Assembly: GCA_951406725.2 (NCBI GenBank)
Contig: OX597815.1
Location: forward strand, 97,588,001-97,652,000
Direction: 5' to 3'
Length of the DNA stretch: 64,000 nucleotides
Source: Octopus vulgaris
Taxonomy: Eukaryota
Of this stretch, positions 13,901 through 28,015 are shown piece by piece (position 1 is the first letter of the stretch; the number at the start of each line of letters is the position of its first letter). Made by a program: the position numbers and the translations under genes. Under the pieces are notes generated by a model. The model did no database searches. It was not told the DNA's origin and saw only the letters and a list, made by a program, of their open reading frames with translations.

Positions 13901-15664
13901 CCTGAATTTAACCACATATCTCTCCTTTGCAGCCATTTAATTTTGAGATTTCAAAAATGTGATTAATGTAAAAAATTCGTATTGAATTCTAACATTAGTA
14001 CTCACCCAAATTTTCTTTATACTGGGGGTGATATATCATTATGTTCATTGATTGTCAGTTTATTACTTCTGGGTCTTCATTAACCGCTCGCTACACACAC
14101 AAAGGCACATTCCCCAAAGCAATGAAATGAAATTGAGGACAAATACTTATGAACAGAGAACATAAATATATTGTATTTAAACAAAACGTAATATTTTTAT
14201 CGGTAATCTACGAAATCTAGCATGGCAGGGTCACACGTGCATTAAATATTGTTTTTCAATTATTAGTAAAAGCCAATTGATTGGAAGAATAATAGATCTG
14301 TGGTTAAATTGTTTTGTTATTTACTTATATCTTTCATATTTCTAAAGTTCAAAACCTACCGTTGTAGACTTCGTCTTTTATCCTTTGCTCGGCCAATATA
14401 ATAAATATGTTTGGTCAATAAAATAAGTACTGCTTCGATCTAATTGACTACTCTTTGCTTCCAAAATTCTTGGCTCTTTGCCTACAATAAAAATCAACCG
14501 TTGAAAGACACAGAATATATGCTCATACTTTACATATATATTAATTCAATGTTTGGTATCGTTAGTAAAAAAATCATTATTCTCTTTTCTCTTTCATTTT
14601 CTCTCTTTCTTTACCACACAATATGTCTGTGTGTCTCATGTGTGTGGACACAATATGTGTGTATGTGTGTGAGCAATTTCACTTACATAAGCGCACATAC
14701 ATAAAGACAGATGTTTAACTTTATTTTCCCTATATCGCTATGCTTTCAATTTCAAAGTTCATCTAACATTTCAAACTCACCATTCTAATGAAATGTTTAA
14801 AAGCATCAGAACTATACTTAGTGCATGTTTTTTTCTTTCCAAATGTAAGAAGTATGTTTAGTAAATTGTCATAGATGTACGTGTGTGTATGTGTGTGCAC
14901 GTGCGCGTGTATGTGTGTGTTGGTATTCATGCATATATGTCTGTGTTTGTGTTTGTATTTATGTGTATGTATGTGTGTGTGTTTGTGAAAATGAAACTAA
15001 GGTAGATTTTTAGAAAATTAAGTCTAAAGTGTCCAAGAAGCTACTCTTGGTGTTATTTACATCGTTCGATTTATTGAATTTGACCAGTATTTATTCTTCA
15101 CTCTCAAGACTGAGAAAAGACTCAAAATTACTCGAAAGTTGTCATGGATTTTTTTAAAAATAACAAATAAAAGAAAGTCAGCTGCTGTCATAAAAACCTC
15201 TGTTTGTTACTATAATTCTAAAGTTGTTTCTATACAGAGAGAATGAAAGTACCAAATTTCTTTAAGGCTTATTCTCTTTTGTTATATTAATTTTGGTATG
15301 CATCCATCGCATGCATGCACGCATAATATACGGTGACTTACCCTTACGTCCAAGCACATTTAGTTGCGAATACAAGCATCTGGAATAAAGGGAGAAATGT
15401 TGAGAGTGGGAACGTGAGGTCTCTCCACTTCAAGACTGTATTAAACGTGCGACTGATGCTTCTCTTGAATTACAGCTATGAATTTAATAAAATTTAATAA
15501 AATCAAGTTTACAGAAAGAATTCTGGTTTGAATCCTAGTGAATCCAATTAAGAATCCGAAAACGCCACAATTGGAAATCTACATTGTGGCTATAAATTTC
15601 ATCTTCCTTCACAACCATTTGGATCAAACGCGAAAAGCAATTGAAGAATGTATATGCATATATA

Positions 15665-15870
15665 TTCTTTCATTCTTTAATTATTTCAGTCATTTGAGTG
15701 AGGCCATGCTGGAGCATCACCTTTAGTCGACCAAATCAACCCAAGGACTTATTCTTTGTAAGCCTAGTACTTATTCTATCGGCGTCTTTTGCCGAACCGC
15801 TAACTTACGGGGACGTAAACACACCAACATCGGTTGTTAAGCGACGGTGAGGGTGACAAACACACACACA
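15665..15870 (-). mobile_element. 3' part of SINE family A
   Basis: ggccatgctggagca..., tttgccgaaccgctaacttacggggacgtaaacacaccaacatcggttgt; matches 3560-3720. Confidence 0.8.
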
Positions 15871-15879
15871 CATATATAT

Positions 15880-17190
15880 AATGGACAGTAAAAGAAACGC
15901 GAGTCGTGTGTGACTGTAAAATGTTTTAATATTATGTCAGAGATAAATTTTGATAAACTGATAAAGTCAGTTAATTCGACGAACTTTGAACACAATCTAT
16001 GGGTTATATCATATGGTCTGGTAGTGGGCTGATGCTGAACATCGAGACTGTAGGGCATGACATGTTCATTATCCTGTAGGCCCTCCCTGAGTGTTCAAAA
16101 CGGTCATAGACCTTCGCTGCTTGGAGGCAGTTCACAAAAACCATTGGCACCTATGCCAACAGCCTGAGAAAAGTTGCCTCCAGTTCCATACGAGTTGTCG
16201 GCCTTGGGACCTCCTGGTTCAGCTGTCTCTGGATTTCATCCCATAGGTATTCATTTGAGTTCAAATCCGAGCTGAAAGCCAGCTACGGCATGGTTATGAT
16301 GCTATGCTAACGCTGGAAGTCCATATTGCATAGTGAAACTTGCTGTGTGGGAGCGAGCATTGTCCTGCTGGAACGCGTGGCTATGGTGATGCCCGAAGAA
16401 AGGCTCGATGTGCGGTCTTAGTGTGTGGTCAATGTTTCATTCCGCTCTGATGCCATTCCCTCTGGTTGCAACAACATTTTGGAACACATGGGGCCCATTT
16501 CTCTGATTAATGCACCCCCAAATTATGATGCATTGGTCATTTTACGCGTCTCTCTCCATGACACATGCGTTTCTGTAACGTTCACTTCTCCCACGGAATA
16601 CTCTCAATCTGCCATCCGAGCTGGAAACGCAGTGCCGGCTCTTTTAAGAGAAAAATATCAAGCTCCATTGTTGATGCCGGCTGTACTCGTGCCGGACGGT
16701 AGTGGGTGGTGAGGATAGATCATCAAGCAGGACGACGACAACGCAGAGTGTTGGCGGCCAGTCGACGTCGTATCGTGTCGTCGTTGATGGTTCGCTGTCC
16801 AGTACCAATGGTCTCGTGAGCTGTCACGCTGGCCCGTCTGAAGCGATTAGTGAAATGGATGAAGTGATCCTGCCTGGGTGTGGTCACCATGGGGTGCCCT
16901 CTGCGGGCACGGTCTGTGATGCTGTTGGTGTTGTTGTTTCACTGTTGCCGGCGATAGATCGTATTGACATGGACATTGTAAGCTTTCGCAACAACCAGGG
17001 CAAGCTTATTTTACCTGTAAAGCTGACAATCGGGTCATACCTGATGCATCCAAATTACGAATTCGTTTTATTACTGTCATGGAAGCTTAGTACAGAGAAG
17101 ACGATACAAAATGTGAGGAAGTGGGGGATCAAATGATAAAACATTAAAATGCGCAGTTAAAAATTTTCAAATTATATACACGAATGAACG
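15880..17190 (-). mobile_element. Degenerate Tc1-family DNA transposon (DD34E transposase pseudogene)
   Basis: Minus strand reads IFFS*KSRHCVSSSDGRLRVFRGRSERY (FSDESRF...DGR motif), then FQQDNARSH and SSDLNSNEYLWDEIQ. There are 34 residues between D and E once a 7-nt insertion is removed. Stops and frameshifts present; matching TIR pair not identified. Confidence 0.88.
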
Positions 17191-18642
17191 TACAACACAA
17201 AAGAAACGGCACAATGGAATGGGAGACGGGTTCGATCCCACAAGTCCGGATCCATCACTAAACCTTTCAGTTTCCTTTATGTTTTTCACTCACGCGGCTT
17301 CATTCACTCTCAATATTCGCGTTACTTCCTTCCTTTTTTTGCCACATATAACGGGTGACAAGCGTCTCCCCTCCAACCCTAGTTTCCTTTTAAGATAGAA
17401 AACAAACACCTTGGGCACACCAGGGCTGGAGATGAAGGCACCCATAGCCACACCTCTTATTCTCGTCCTCCAAACAACCTCTTTCGCACACGCTACCACA
17501 GTGAGAAAACACATCTTGCCTTCCTTATTGAAGGAGGATGGTGGAATAATTTATATAATCGACTAGGAAGACAGCTGTACTCTTTCCAGACGTGACAACA
17601 ACAGTTCGACATATACCCACATTTCCGAAACTTCCATACACTGCACAATAGCGTGCAGAAGAGTTTCACTGCTCTGCTCACATCTTGGGCAAGTGGGCCG
17701 ACATGAATAGGCATGCCTAGCGAGTTTATCTCGAACTGGTCAGGCTCCTCAGTAACACTGCCAAGTCAGAGACATTTGGAAGTTGTCCAAAGGCCCCGGC
17801 CCGAATGTCTTTCGGAATAAACCAACAAGATGACCTTCGTCGAAACCCAGGATTTCCCCCGGAACATCGTCACACTTTGCCTCTACCAGCCCTCTATAGC
17901 ATGGTGAGGTGGAACGCTCGCCACTGGCATTACCCGTCTGGTAGATAAGCGCTAGTGCCTGCTGAAATTCGGCCTACCACGCGTCCAGCTTTGGTCTACG
18001 CTTAATCCACGGTTCCAATTCATCGAAACTAAGTGAACCGAAGAAGGATCAGTTTAACGAACGGAGACCACAACCGTTCACCATCCAGGTAGAGCCAGAG
18101 ATGCCTCAGCGCATGCCTACGCATCATTAGACATGGCATCGCTAACCCACGCTTTAGCGGTTGTTGGCAGTAGATAGAGCGCCTTACAAGTGGACCCCTG
18201 CCCCTCCACAAAAAGTGGAAGAGCAATCGTTCCATCTCGCTTAGCCACGAATCCGGACAAGGCACGAAGGTCAGGCTGCAGATAATCACAGATGCGATAA
18301 ACACATTTGCTACCTCAGCACTCCCTTTCAATGATAGCTACCGCTCAGACAAGTTCTGAATTAGGTTGGCCACCCTACTCGCCACCTCGCTCCAATTCTT
18401 CTCTCTCTGGAGATCCGGACTAAACCAGAATCCAAGCAATTTAATCAACCCATCCGCCCAACGGCCGACGACGTTGTTAGGACCTATCGACTTGCCTCCC
18501 CAGGTGATGAGCTGGAAGCTGACGGACTTATCTCGGTTAAGTTCTGCTCCTGTCACCGCCTCGTACTCCTTAATGACCTCGCCTATCCTCTCTAGGTGAT
18601 CCACATCGAACACGATAATGGTGATGTCGTCTGCATACGCCG
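17190..18642 (-). mobile_element. 5'-truncated L1/Tx1-clade LINE (RT C-terminal half to 3' end)
   Basis: AYADDITIIV...YEAVTGAELNRDKS...KLLGFWF...LSLKGSAEVAN...LFHFLWRG...RGLAMP, typical of L1/Tx1 ORF2; contains stops. Confidence 0.9.
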
Positions 18643-18755
18643 TATTTTTTAAAGGGATGTAAAATTAGATTTATAATATTTTGAAAAGAACCTAAATATG
18701 TGTTGGAATAATTGTAAATTTGATGATTACATATATGTATTTATATATGTGTATA

Positions 18756-19630
18756 TCTTTATATATATAAAACTGAGAATGTGTGTCTGTCTCTCTGTCT
18801 GTCTGTGTGTTTCCCTAAAACTTGAGAACTACACAACCAATTTCATTCAAATTTTACACATGCCTTACTTAGGGTCCGGGGAGTGTCATCGGCAAAATAT
18901 TTTAAACTTTTTTGCTTAGGGCGAGCCCACAGCAATATCATATCTTCTCCACTACGATTCCCTAAAACTTGAGAACTACAAAACCAATTTCATTCAAATT
19001 TTACACATGCCTTACTTAGGGTCCATGTAGTTTCATGGGAAAAAATGTTCAACTTCTTGCCTAGAACGAGCCCTTAGCAATATCATATCTTCTCCACTAT
19101 TTCAGTATTACGTGTTAAAAGTGAAACAAAAATATTTCTCTATTTTATGTCAGATGCTTTCACTTTAACAATAAAAATAATAAAAACAATTGAATTATAT
19201 GTTGTAAGTAAAAATTAAATCAAACTAAAGTATAATATAACCGTAACATAAAAAAAGTAAAAATAGCCATTGGTATAAAATTGAATCAATGATTTGAACT
19301 TGGATAAGTGGTTTCACAGGAATGGGAATAAATTAAAAATAAGATTAGCGTGCAGAAATGGAATAGTCCAGATGTATAATAAAAAATTAAATTAAAGAAA
19401 ATACTATTGTCTATAAAGTATACAATGTAGAGAAAAAAGAAGAGCTAACAATCACAGTCTGTTATATATTTTGAGTATTGTTATCACTAGCGATATCAAG
19501 ATATAGATTTGTATTTTGCATTTTATGTGTAGATGTATATATATATATATATATAGATGTACATGTAATATGTACACATATATACATGCACTAGCACTAT
19601 GACCTGGCAACGACGGGTCTTTAATGCTAG
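18756..19630 (+). mobile_element. Non-autonomous Helitron-like element
   Basis: A|TCtttatatatataaaa start with a gtct microsatellite; subterminal hairpin gacctgg-caacga-cgggtc; ends gCTAG|T. Internal ~146-bp tandem duplication (18812-18955 / 18959-19100). Confidence 0.8.
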
Positions 19631-19918
19631 TATATATATACAATTGTGCATATGTATATATATAGTGCAATATTCCAATAGTGAAACACGCGTAGTTCCT
19701 TCATAATTAATTAATTTAAGTTTTAACTAAAGTAGGAGATAATTAAGGTACTATAGTATATACCCTGCTGGTATAATGATTATGTCCTTTAAGTATTATT
19801 TCGTGATATGCAAATGGATACCATGAGTTTACTTTCAGATAAACCCATTAGGTTTTATATTTATATTTTGTATTATCTGAAATAGAATATCCACATATCT
19901 AGTAATCCTCCAAAACTG

Positions 19919-19965
<47 letters not shown>

Positions 19966-20277
19966 TTGGCGTCTTTATGTCTGTGTTTATATCCTTACCA
20001 CCATTCGGCAGATATGGGTTTATTTATATCCTGGTAACTTCGTTATCTTACATTGCTCTGCGATCACTTCGACATCTGACGCGATTTGATGGAGATAGTG
20101 AGCTAATGCGCAGCACGAATATTTGATCACTAAAAGCAAATTATTTGTGCAGGTCGTTCCTCAAAAACTGAACGCTCATACGTCGTCTTCGAGGAGAGAT
20201 TCCATCATTATCATCATCGTCAAAATGTGTGTGTGTGTGTAATGTATTTACTTATGTATTACTCATAAAATACTACG

Positions 20278-21095
20278 TATTACTCATAAATTACAGTGTA
20301 CATTTAAACACATAAGGAATCCACTCGTGGGATTCAACACGCTAGAAATAACAGCTAGGTTCTATAACCACAAAATTAGGGATAAAATTCTGACAGGCAG
20401 GAAATGAAAAAATAAAAACTTTTACCATCTAGTTTTCTGGACCAATTAGTTTCAGATTTTAGTTTAGCAAATAAATAATATTCGCTAGGGGAAATCTACG
20501 TCAACAGGTACACCTTAGATTAATATATATAAAACATGTGGCAATCAACTATGTGCCTGTTGTTTATACATCCTAATTTTTTCAAAATCTACTGCGCAGA
20601 CGCAGCCTCTCCTCGGCATTAAAAAATGCCAACTTTTAAAAATCCGAAAATGATTCAAAATCTTGCAATACTTAATCATATCAAAGGGAAATGGAAATTA
20701 ATAGAAATTTTCATTTCCAGTGGCCTAGCGTATTACTCATAAAATACAGTGTACATTTAAACACATAAGGAATCCAATCGTGGGTTTCAACACGCGAGAA
20801 AGAACAGCTAGGTTGTATAACCACAAAATTAGGGATAAAATCCCGACAGGAACGAAATGAAAGAATTAAAACTTTTACCATCTAGTTTCCTGGACCAATT
20901 GGTTTCTTAATCTATTTGCTAAACTAAAATCTGAAACCAATTGGTCCAGGAAACTAGATGGTAAAAGTTTTTATTTTTTTCATTTCGTTCCTGTCGGGAT
21001 TTTATGCTAATTTTGTGGTTATAGATCCTAGCTGTTCTTTCTCGCGTGTTGAATCCCACGGGTGGATTCCATATGCGTTTAAATGTACACTGTAT
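20278..21095. mobile_element. Penelope-like terminal-repeat structure: two direct copies plus one inverted copy
   Basis: ~180-200 bp unit at 20278-20475 and 20731-20906, inverted at 20913-21095. Hammerhead-like motif on the minus strand at 20435-20508. Confidence 0.75.
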
Positions 21096-21105
21096 TTATT
21101 TTATA

Positions 21106-21244
<139 letters not shown>

Positions 21245-22122
21245 TGTATGTATGTATGTGCACTTCATAATCTTTCTAGTATTCTCTGATTACGTGTAAA
21301 TGAATAGGTTTATATGACTATTTCGAAATACATTTACTTATGTACATAGATTTAGCATTTCTAAAAATAAGACATTTATTAGAAATCTAAAGCAGTTGTC
21401 TGTATTAACAGCTAGAATTTTGAAACTATTTGAATTACTAATTATACATACTAATGTATTCTAATGCATTATCAGTTATGTAAATCTATGCCAGCATTTA
21501 CAGATGATGTCTATGATGAAAGCCAACGCAGACATCTCCATTGCTATTTTCCTTCGTTTTTACTTTCTAGTGGTTGCCAGGTCGTATCTAGGAATATGTT
21601 ATGAAATCTATATCATTATTTTTATATTTTGTAAACGATAGAAACTCATTCGACTTGTGTTTGCTTTTCATAGCATTATTATCGGTATTGTATTTTAGTA
21701 ACATATTGATTTTTGTAATAAATAAGTAAATAAATATATAATAAAATATAAAAAATACACTGCAAAGAAATGAAAAAAATTAAGACCAAGAAATCATTCT
21801 CAGATTAATACGGTTTGCTTATATTCATCGCTAATTGTTCACCATTACCACCATTCATAGACTTTTCCCATTGAAGGAGAATAGTTCAAATATATAACAA
21901 AGTATCACATTAAAAGTAAAGTGAACTCTGTTCAATAAAGAATTGAAACTAGGCTGGCAACAGCTTTTTTACCCTGCAATGCTGTCTCCCTCTCCACATT
22001 CCCTCGCCAACGACTTTTTCTCTTGCCAACTGTTCTAATGTACATATTACAAAAATACTTTCAACCGCACACATTTCAAGCACACACACACACACTACAC
22101 ATATGCACATAGAAACATATAC

Positions 22123-22218
22123 ATGGATTTGACGGAATACTTAATCTCGGATGGATATAACGGCGTCAATATAATAGTGAGTGTATGCGTGTGTATGTAT
22201 GTATATATATATATATAT

Positions 22219-22280
<62 letters not shown>

Positions 22281-22289
22281 TCATACACG

Positions 22290-22337
<48 letters not shown>

Positions 22338-22388
22338 TATATTGACAGCATTATTTATATCCAAGATGTACTATTCCGTCAAATCTAT
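22123..22388. repeat. Imperfect ~55-bp inverted repeats around a TA/CA microsatellite (MITE-like or fold-back)
   Basis: atggatttgacggaatacttaatctcggat..gtcaatata versus tatattgacagc..atccaagatgtactattccgtcaaatctat. Confidence 0.75.
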
Positions 22389-23058
22389 AGTAAAATTGGT
22401 ATAAAAGATTTCTTTGGTCTTCCGTCTTTCCCGAATGATTAAAGTTGATTTCTTTTCACCAATATATAAATCGATAAATGTTTCGTAACAGAACAACAAA
22501 ACACGAAAGAACCTTTTTATACCTGAAAATATATCCAATGTCAAAATATTTGTGTATACTCTTCACTAACGAAATATCGTATTGTGATCAAAATCTGTCA
22601 AGATAAAGCAGATGTTAATGTTATATAAGTTACCAACTTACTTAAGTCCGGTTTATGTAACGCAATTTATCGGTATACAAAATCTTTTTATATTTCTTTG
22701 CTTATTTTTTACTTTCTTTTCCTAGTTTTTCGCCGTTCCTCTAGTTTCTGTCTCTTTCCTCACATCAGTTTCTCTCCCTCTTTCTACTCCATCTTTCCGT
22801 CCTTTCCTGCTATACTACTTTTATTCTTGGCTATCAGTTACACACAGTCGAAATATTCAATATTCTCTTTTTTTATGGTTTTTTTTTCTCCTCGTGAGGA
22901 CTTTATTCTAGTTGATAACGTCAAACTACCATGTTTCAATGTGTGTTTGAGCATATAAAGGTCTTTGTGTGTGTATGTATACATATATGTACACATGCAC
23001 ACACACACATATATCTATATGTATACATACACACATATTATATGTACGTATACACACA

Positions 23059-23094
<36 letters not shown>

Positions 23095-25510
23095 TATATG
23101 TGTGTGTGATTATTTATTTATTTCAGTTCTCTTTTAAAATATAGTTTCGTTTGCTTGCTGTAGAAAGTAAAACAAGTAGATGCATCTTCAGTGTTATTTC
23201 TCCGTGGGTGGAGGAAAAACCTAATCGATGTAACCAATTTCATATCTTGTTAGAACATCCTCAGAGAAGGATTATCCAACCTCGGTTCACAGAGTTAGCA
23301 TTAGTTCGTTTATTACTCTTTATAGTGAACAAACCCTGGCGGAGTCCAAACGGTCTGCCTAATTTATATATGTGAGTGCGATAGTGATGCAAATTAATTA
23401 TTCTATAAAATACTATACAGCGATGTGTTCATATGTTTTATTATAAGGTATAACTTTGTAATGTATATAAAATTTTATGTCTGTGTGATAAATAAAAAAA
23501 AATCGTTTCCCCATGGGTTTTGTTGGAAAGGGGGGAAAGAGGGGTTAATCCAGCCAATCTCTATTGTTGTTTTGTTTTTACAGCGTGATCATAATATATG
23601 AGTGTTCAAATTTTAAACCGAACATTTGAAATTATCCCCAAACTTTTATTATTAATGGATTATTTAATCCACATTTTCACAGAAATTCCTGCCGGTCATT
23701 TGATGTGCACCAAATTAATCATTGTTCTGTGATACTTTGATTCCTTACGTTGATTTAGGAAACAAGGTATTTTTCAATATGTACTAAACTGTTAGGCTTT
23801 TTGATAACTTACGTTGTCTCACTGACAAATAATTCCTGGAATTAGGGTGAAATAGCGGAATTTGTTGCAAGTATTTTGGCAACATATCCGGGCAGAGGAG
23901 AAATTCATTTTTTCCTGACAAAACTCAGGGAATTCGAAAAGCGGAACGTGCGTTTACTTTACGCTTCGTACAAGATATCAAACCCAACTATATCGTAGTT
24001 CCAGTTTGTTTTGTATTGTTTTCATATTTCTTAATGGTATCTGTCGAAATGAAAACGAATTAATTTGTATTGAATTCTCTGTCTGACAATGTCAAGTTTT
24101 ATTTAATTTTAATATGTACTGAATCTAAGCAATGGGCCAGAATGCTCAAATACAGATTAAGGCGAAAATCAGAATCTAATGAGACGAAAGGTAGTCTAAC
24201 GTCAGAATCCTTTGACTCATAGGAGAATAGAAGAGTTCCACATGCCTAATGAAGTTTGAATCATGTATTCATATGAAGTTCAATGTTAAACAATATTTGT
24301 GTGCCAGGATAATCAGAGTTCTGTTTGAAATCATTGAGCACGGAATTAATTGCGTAAAATACTAATTTTACTACAAAAACCGCTATAAGTGTCAAGGTAA
24401 AGGATTCATGTAATCTGAAGAATTATCTTCTGTTTGTTATCTGTTTACTGAAAAAGAAGCTTTGTATTTTGAATAAATATACTTAACGAATTCTCACCGA
24501 AGTCTATATAAATAATTTTGGGGAGGATATTCATTATAATATTTAATATTTCACATCAGTAATTTGTCACTCCTTACCGTTCTGCATGCATAACCTGCTG
24601 AGTTCTACTTTACTTTCATCCTTTCGGGCTCGATAAAATAAGATACCAGTCAAGTCCTGGGGATGATGCTATCGACTAACCTCCTACTTTCAACATTGCT
24701 AGCCTCGCCTCAAATTTTGAAACATCATTTTTACTATTGCGATTCTTTCGACGCTTCTCTTCTGAAGAAACAAAATCTATATTTGTGTTCTTGTGATAAT
24801 CTTTATGAGAAATCATCATTTGTTGGTATTACTCGATAACTTTTGGAAATTTCTTATCGCTTACTCTCAAGGTGAACAACATTCACAGATTGTTGTGACT
24901 TTTGGAGATACAAAACAGATTAGACATCACCCAGACAAATAAATACTAAATTAATCAAAGATATAATAAATGCAACATATAGAAGTATATGAATCTCACC
25001 GAAACATAACTGTGTATACCTACTCAATACGAATACGCAAATACAATATAGATTTTTATATGATAATAAAGAATTAGTTATTCTATTACAATTTTAAAGT
25101 TTGATGATGTTTTGTCTCACTTTCTTTGTTTCATTATCATGAAGATTCTAACACTTTCTTTAGAATTCGTGATGTGTGCTAATCAAAAAGTAGGTATTTG
25201 TCAATATTGCTGCCGGCTCTTAATAGTCATTGTTTTCATATCCATATATCTTTAAACATCAGATGATGAATTTAAAGGTATGTCTTGTAAATTCTTTAAA
25301 GAATATTTACGCGTAAATTCAGGAACATTATTACAACTAATTCATCATTATTATTGTAATCATACCCTCTATACATATGTGTGTATAGAGAGAGAGAGAA
25401 AGAGAGAGAACGAGAGACAGTCAGACAGATAGAAAGATAAATACTACATACACATACATATATGAAGTTTGCTTTAGAAGAGATGAGATGTATTGAAAGA
25501 TACAGATAGG

Positions 25511-25915
25511 GAAATAAGTTTATTCTCAAACGCAGGATAACGCTAATATTAAGCATGAACAGGATAAACTATCCTTATTTTGCAGAAGAATCTGTCGACG
25601 GTCAGCCGTGACACTCGAACTCACATACATGTGATTATGTGTCCAGTATTTTACCATCAACCTAAAGTGACCCAACGACAAATTCTTCTGCAAATTTAGG
25701 ATATATAAATCTAGATTTATAAGGCGCTAAAGAATTTGTCTTTGAGGCAGTTTAGCTTAATGGTAAGGCAGTGGACGCGTAAACACATTGATGTGAGTTG
25801 GAGTCTCATGGCTGGCCGCCGACAGATTTTTCAGCAAATATGGATAGTTTATCTTCCTCATGCTATATTATTAGCATTATTAGCATTATCCTACATTTGA
25901 GAATAAAATTATTTC
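25511..25915. repeat. Large imperfect palindrome with two divergent tRNA-like segments
   Basis: Arms 25511-25687 and 25730-25915. Right arm has A-box tagcttaatgg (25753) and B-box-like gttggagtc (25797); the left arm reverse complement has taggttgatggt...gagttcgagtg. Confidence 0.85.
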
Positions 25916-25924
25916 TTTATCCCT

Positions 25925-25982
<58 letters not shown>

Positions 25983-26110
25983 AGGGATAAAGAAATAATT
26001 TATATATATATATACACATATACATATATATACACATACATACATACATATATATATACATACATGCATATATATATATATATACATACATACATACATA
26101 CATATATATG

Positions 26111-26174
<64 letters not shown>

Positions 26175-26182
26175 TATATACA

Positions 26183-27375
26183 CTAGCAATATAGTGTGGC
26201 GATGCTCGAGTTTGCTCTGAATGTGCTGCAAATGAGTAATGCCGACTTAAATTGTTGGTATCGTTGGTTAATATTCCTTCTATTATCATTATGGAGAAAA
26301 AAGTACCTGTAGATTTAAAGCAAAATGAAACTCAAGTTTCGGACTGCATTGAAAATATTTTAAGAAGTTAACACTGCAACAGTATCCATTAAGAAAAAGT
26401 AAAGGAAAATCCGAAACGTTGGTAAGAACAGTTTGTGGTTACAAAAAAAAAATTATTTTGAAGTCAAACGGGTGGGCAACATGAATCGTTGTTGTACCTG
26501 TAAAATGAATAAAATCGACTAGTTTACATCACGTATAACTAAAAACATCTGTAAAATGAAAACATACCCATTGAAGTTTTGACTTGAGAATAACAGCATG
26601 CAGATCGCACAACTGCTACGACTGCCACACCCACAAATAAGAATCGCTTAAACCAACAAAAAAGAAGCGCCGTTAACATTGCATCTTCTCATTCAACCGA
26701 GAATGATGAGCTGCTGAGAATGATGCTCAGCATGAGCTAATCTAATCTAAGCAAGTGTTTCGAGTTCAGCGTGAACTTCATCAGCATAATGAACGAAGTA
26801 TAAACATCACTCCTACTTTTGTTGCCCGAGATACCGAACAGAAAACCGCAGCTCCAATGATGTACAAAACTCCTTTATGCACAGTATTACAAAGACACTG
26901 ATTTAGCATTGATCATTCAAGGAAGTTTCACATATATTCTAGAAAAGATAAGTATATTAGTATTAGTGCATTCACGCAGCGAATATTACTCCTCTGCATT
27001 GGATCAGCTGATCCGTCGTTCGCTCAGAACCAATGACATCACAAAAAAATTCTTTTCGACCCTTTAGAATTGGAATTTTTAAAAAGTAAAACTTTTGCAT
27101 TACGTAGCTTGTTATTCTCTATAAGTGAACATTTTTCTGGTTGAAATACACCGAAAATGGCGACACAGCAGTCAAAAAATCGTAAAAAATAGCACCTTTT
27201 TGATGTAAATAATTTTTAGTCTTAACATAGTCCAATTTGATTTTTTTTCTTCTACAGAATGAAGAACAAGCCTTCTATCATACTCTCAATTTTGTCAATT
27301 TCCGCCGCAGGAGATACTGTTAGTTGAAGGCTACTAAACCTGTCACACACACACACACACAGACAACTTCAGCTT

Positions 27376-27385
<10 letters not shown>
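26183..27385 (-). mobile_element. Non-autonomous Helitron-like element
   Basis: Minus strand begins tatataaagctgaagttgtctgtgtgtg (same style as the 18756 element) and ends ...gcatcgccacac..ttgCTAG|T at 26183. The terminal hairpin is degenerate. Confidence 0.6.
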
Positions 27386-27409
<24 letters not shown>

Positions 27410-27819
27410 TGTATTAGCCATAAGGAACCGTGTAATAAGTAGTGAGTGTGTTTTACTCTTTATGGCCTTACCCAGGGTAACAAGCTACATCTGAGGTCCG
27501 CGGAACCCTAGTTGTCCGTGAACTAAATTCAAAATTTTTATATATACATCCGGATAAGCATATTAAAACGAGACAGTGGAAAACTCATTTACATAAATGA
27601 GTATTTCAAAAGTTAAAGAAATATGAAAAATGGGAGCCCTATAAATAATCATGTTACTTAGCCATGTTTAACAAAGGTGAAACAAACTGATATTAGAATA
27701 TTGATGTTGTAGAATATTAGCCTTATGTTGTCTATAAAAAGATTTAAGTGGAGTAAATTCAAAGATACTTACATAAGGGAACATAAATGTTTTTGGTTTT
27801 GAAGTAAAAGGCATTAAGA

Positions 27820-28015
27820 CGGTGAGCTAGTAGGACCATTAGCACCCCTAGCCAAATTCTTAGCGGCATTTTGTCTGTCTTCAAGTTCGATTTCCGCCAA
27901 GGTCGACTTTGTCTTTCATCCTTTCGGGTTCGATGAAATAAGTACTAGTTGAGCACTGGAACTGTTGTAGTCGACTTAACCGTACCCCGATATTGCTGGT
28001 CCCATGCCAAAACTA
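27820..28015 (+). mobile_element. tRNA-derived SINE, family B (Nin-domain-like)
   Basis: gttcgatttccgccaaggtcgactttgtctttcatcctttcgggttcgatgaaataagtactagtt. Degenerate relatives at ~14300-14450, 24590-24725, 43600-43920 and 54310-54640. Confidence 0.8.

Noticed and set aside
18812-19100. CRISPR-like or regularly spaced repeat array
   Set aside because: A simple two-unit tandem duplication inside a Helitron-like element; no repeat-spacer pattern, and the context is eukaryotic.
23590-24050. Possible Tc1/mariner N-terminal remnant
   Set aside because: No matching TIR pair or catalytic motif could be confirmed.
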